A stretch of 64,000 bases of DNA from Myxococcota bacterium (lineage in GTDB: Bacteria > Myxococcota_A > SURF-8 > G963663525), in NCBI GenBank assembly GCA_963676915.2, contig CAXXVK010000006.1, positions 1 to 64,000 on the forward strand, in the 5' to 3' direction. Shown piece after piece: positions 61,760 through 64,000 of the stretch. Each line of letters begins with the position of its first letter. Within the stretch, counting starts at the first letter, position 1. Made by a program: the position numbers and the translations under genes. The notes beneath the pieces were generated by a model that saw only the letters and a list, made by a program, of their open reading frames with translations, was not told the DNA's origin and ran no database searches.

Positions 61760-64000
61760 TTACGGCGTACCGGAGGAAACGGGCTCTTCCGGTAAGGAGT
61801 CCGAAGCTTGTTTTTCTCCCCACTCTCTCGGAGGAAGTCCGAACAGTTTGCGCATACGTTCGGAAAATGCATCCACTAGGGAATACAGGCTCGGAACGAC
61901 AAACAAGGTCAAAAACGTGGCGAACACAAGACCCCAGATCATGCAAATCGCCATAGGTTGCCACGTCGGCGAAACACCGCCGATTCCCAATGCCAGCGGC
62001 ATCATACCAAATACGGTAGTCACTGTTGTCAATAGAATCGGTCGTACGCGAGCCACTCCGGCTTGCACCAGGGCTTCACGCCGTTTCATACCTTGCATAC
62101 GACCGTTTTGAATGAATTCCACAAGCACAATGGCATCGTTGACGACAACTCCGGCCAGTGCCACCACGCTGATACCGGCAACGAGGCTGAAATCCAGTCC
62201 TGTGACGACCAGACCGATAATGACACCGATGACCGCAAACGGAACGGTGAACATAATGATCAACGGTTGCAGATAACTTCCGAATTGTGCTCCTAAAATC
62301 AGGTAAATCAGCAACAAAGCGACTCCGAAGGCTTCGATCAGCGAACCGAAACTTTCCGCCGTTTTCTGAGCTTCTCCACCATAATCCAACGAGTATCCGG
62401 GGAATCGCATGGAAAACGTGCGGTAGCGATCTTTGATGATTTGGTTGGCTTCGTGCGAATTGATGATTTTTTCGTTCACGTTGGCGGTTATGGTGATCGA
62501 ACGCTTTCCGTTGTAGCGCCGGATCGCAGCAGCGCCTCGTCCCATGTCGAAGTGTCCCAGTTCGCTCAAGGCGATTTTTCCACCTTGTGCCGTGACGATT
62601 TTCAGTCGTTTCAGTTCGTTGATAGAGGAGCGGTCTTCGTCACGATACTTGACGATGACCTTGATTTCGTCGCCGTCCGCTTCGCGGAATGCAGTGGCTT
62701 CGGTGCCGTCGATGGCAGTGCGGATTGTCTGCGCTACCTGACCCATCGTTGTTCCGTAAATGGCAAGTTTTTCCCGGTGAGGGATGAAGCGGATTTCTCG
62801 CTTGCCGATCTCGTAATCGCTGCGAACGTCGAAAATCCCCTCGGTTTTTTTCAATTCCTCGCTGATTTCGGTAGCGATTTCATTGAGTCGCACGATGTCG
62901 TCTCCGCGTACGCGCAATTCCACCGGCATTCCCGTGGGTGGCGCTCCGTGGCCTTCTTCTTTGAATTCGATCGTTGCGATTCCGGCGATGCGGTCAAAGC
63001 CGTCTCGCAGATCTTTTTTAACGGTTTCCAGCGGGCGGCGGCCTTCTTCGACTTCGTACAGGTCGATATCCATCATGGCCACATTCGTACGTTCGGACCA
63101 CTGGTAGTTTTCGATGATCAATCCCGTAACCGAACTGACATTTTTGATATCGGTTTTCGGAAGGGTCAAGGCGTGTTGCTCCATCTTTTGAACGATGGCG
63201 AGCGTTTCTTCCTGTCTTGTTCCAACCGGCATTCGCACGTGGATGCTCAACGTGTCAGGGTCCTCGGTGTAGAACAATTTTACTCGCAACGTCTGGAAAC
63301 CAACGGCGATGAGCACCAGGGTGAAAATCATCGTCCCGGCCACGAGCGAAATTCGCCAGTTTAAAGCCACGTTGATTTGACGAATATAGGCTTTTTTCAA
63401 CCAGTTGAATACTCGGTCTCCCATGCGTTCTCGGTTGGGATCGGGCGCTTTGCCCCAATCGGCCATATGGACCGGCAACACGACCAGTGCTTCTATCAGC
63501 GAAGCCGCCAGGGCGCAGCCCACGGCAATGGGCAGCACGGCCATGAATTTTCCGATGACGCCTGACATCATCAGCAAGGGCAAGAACGCTGCGATGGAGG
63601 TCAGCACGGCGGATACCACCGGGACAGCCACTTCCTTCGTGCCTTCGAGTGCAGCTCTGAAGGTGCTTTTTCCCATTTCCATATGTCGGTAAATATTTTC
63701 TATGACGATGATGGCATCGTCCACAAGCATTCCCAGCACCAGAATGAAGGCAAAAAGACTCAGCGTGTTGATGGTATGCCCGATGGAATTTAGCGCCCAG
63801 AACGTTGTCAAAAAGGCGAAGGGAATGCCGATCAGAGCGAAAATCGCCGTTCGGAATCCCATAAAGAACCAGATGCAAACTGCAACCATGAGCATGCCTT
63901 GCAATGCGCTGAACGAAAGCACGTTGAGGCTGCTGCGGACTTCGTCCGAGGCATCGAAAACGTACCGCATTTCCATATCTTGCAGTTTTTTTCGATAGCG
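61760..64000 (-). CDS. RND (AcrB/AcrD/AcrF) family permease, 5' end beyond window
   Basis: LGMLVDDAIIVIENI, GVVVNDAIVLV, RVRPILLTT; frame open to the window edge. Confidence 0.95.
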   Translation of the reverse strand, partial: RYRKKLQDMEMRYVFDASDEVRSSLNVLSFSALQGMLMVAVCIWFFMGFRTAIFALIGIPFAFLTTFWALNSIGHTINTLSLFAFILVLGMLVDDAIIVIENIYRHMEMGKSTFRAALEGTKEVAVPVVSAVLTSIAAFLPLLMMSGVIGKFMAVLPIAVGCALAASLIEALVVLPVHMADWGKAPDPNRERMGDRVFNWLKKAYIRQINVALNWRISLVAGTMIFTLVLIAVGFQTLRVKLFYTEDPDTLSIHVRMPVGTRQEETLAIVQKMEQHALTLPKTDIKNVSSVTGLIIENYQWSERTNVAMMDIDLYEVEEGRRPLETVKKDLRDGFDRIAGIATIEFKEEGHGAPPTGMPVELRVRGDDIVRLNEIATEISEELKKTEGIFDVRSDYEIGKREIRFIPHREKLAIYGTTMGQVAQTIRTAIDGTEATAFREADGDEIKVIVKYRDEDRSSINELKRLKIVTAQGGKIALSELGHFDMGRGAAAIRRYNGKRSITITANVNEKIINSHEANQIIKDRYRTFSMRFPGYSLDYGGEAQKTAESFGSLIEAFGVALLLIYLILGAQFGSYLQPLIIMFTVPFAVIGVIIGLVVTGLDFSLVAGISVVALAGVVVNDAIVLVEFIQNGRMQGMKRREALVQAGVARVRPILLTTVTTVFGMMPLALGIGGVSPTWQPMAICMIWGLVFATFLTLFVVPSLYSLVDAFSERMRKLFGLPPREWGEKQASDSLPEEPVSSGTP

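Overview
Bacterial chromosomal window, gene-dense, standard genetic code. Gene content (AgmK-like TPR protein, Ser/Thr kinase, FHA protein, Cys-rich and acidic-linker lipoproteins) suggests a Myxococcota/deltaproteobacterial-type organism; this is inference. (1) 1-9.6 kb is a nitrosative-stress/DNRA island: cupin 3' end, ric, qNOR, rubredoxin, an Rrf2 regulator flanked by two matching 25-bp operators, hcp, a split membrane 4Fe-4S protein, and nrfH plus a CxxCH-type nrfA broken by several +1 frameshifts and a stop. (2) 9.6-13 kb is mobile debris: an intact DDE/rve transposase, excisionase and tyrosine-integrase pseudogenes, a truncated FRG gene and a second transposase tail. (3) The backbone carries trmFO, lipA, glgA (frameshifted), cmk, grpE, acyl-CoA enzymes, secreted lipoproteins, one IS5 element and three GTAG-type REP doublets. 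The most unusual items are an FHA-fused TadA/CpaF with all ATPase motifs lost next to a Ser/Thr kinase; an operon with an RND pump, a lipoprotein, a TlpA thioredoxin and two apparently dead purple-acid-phosphatase scaffolds; a LarA-glycerate kinase pair; a PilB-PilC-secreted nuclease unit; and a back-to-back junction of two 5'-truncated genes at about 48,060. No rRNA, tRNA or CRISPR array was seen. All family calls come from motif recognition by eye, not database searches.
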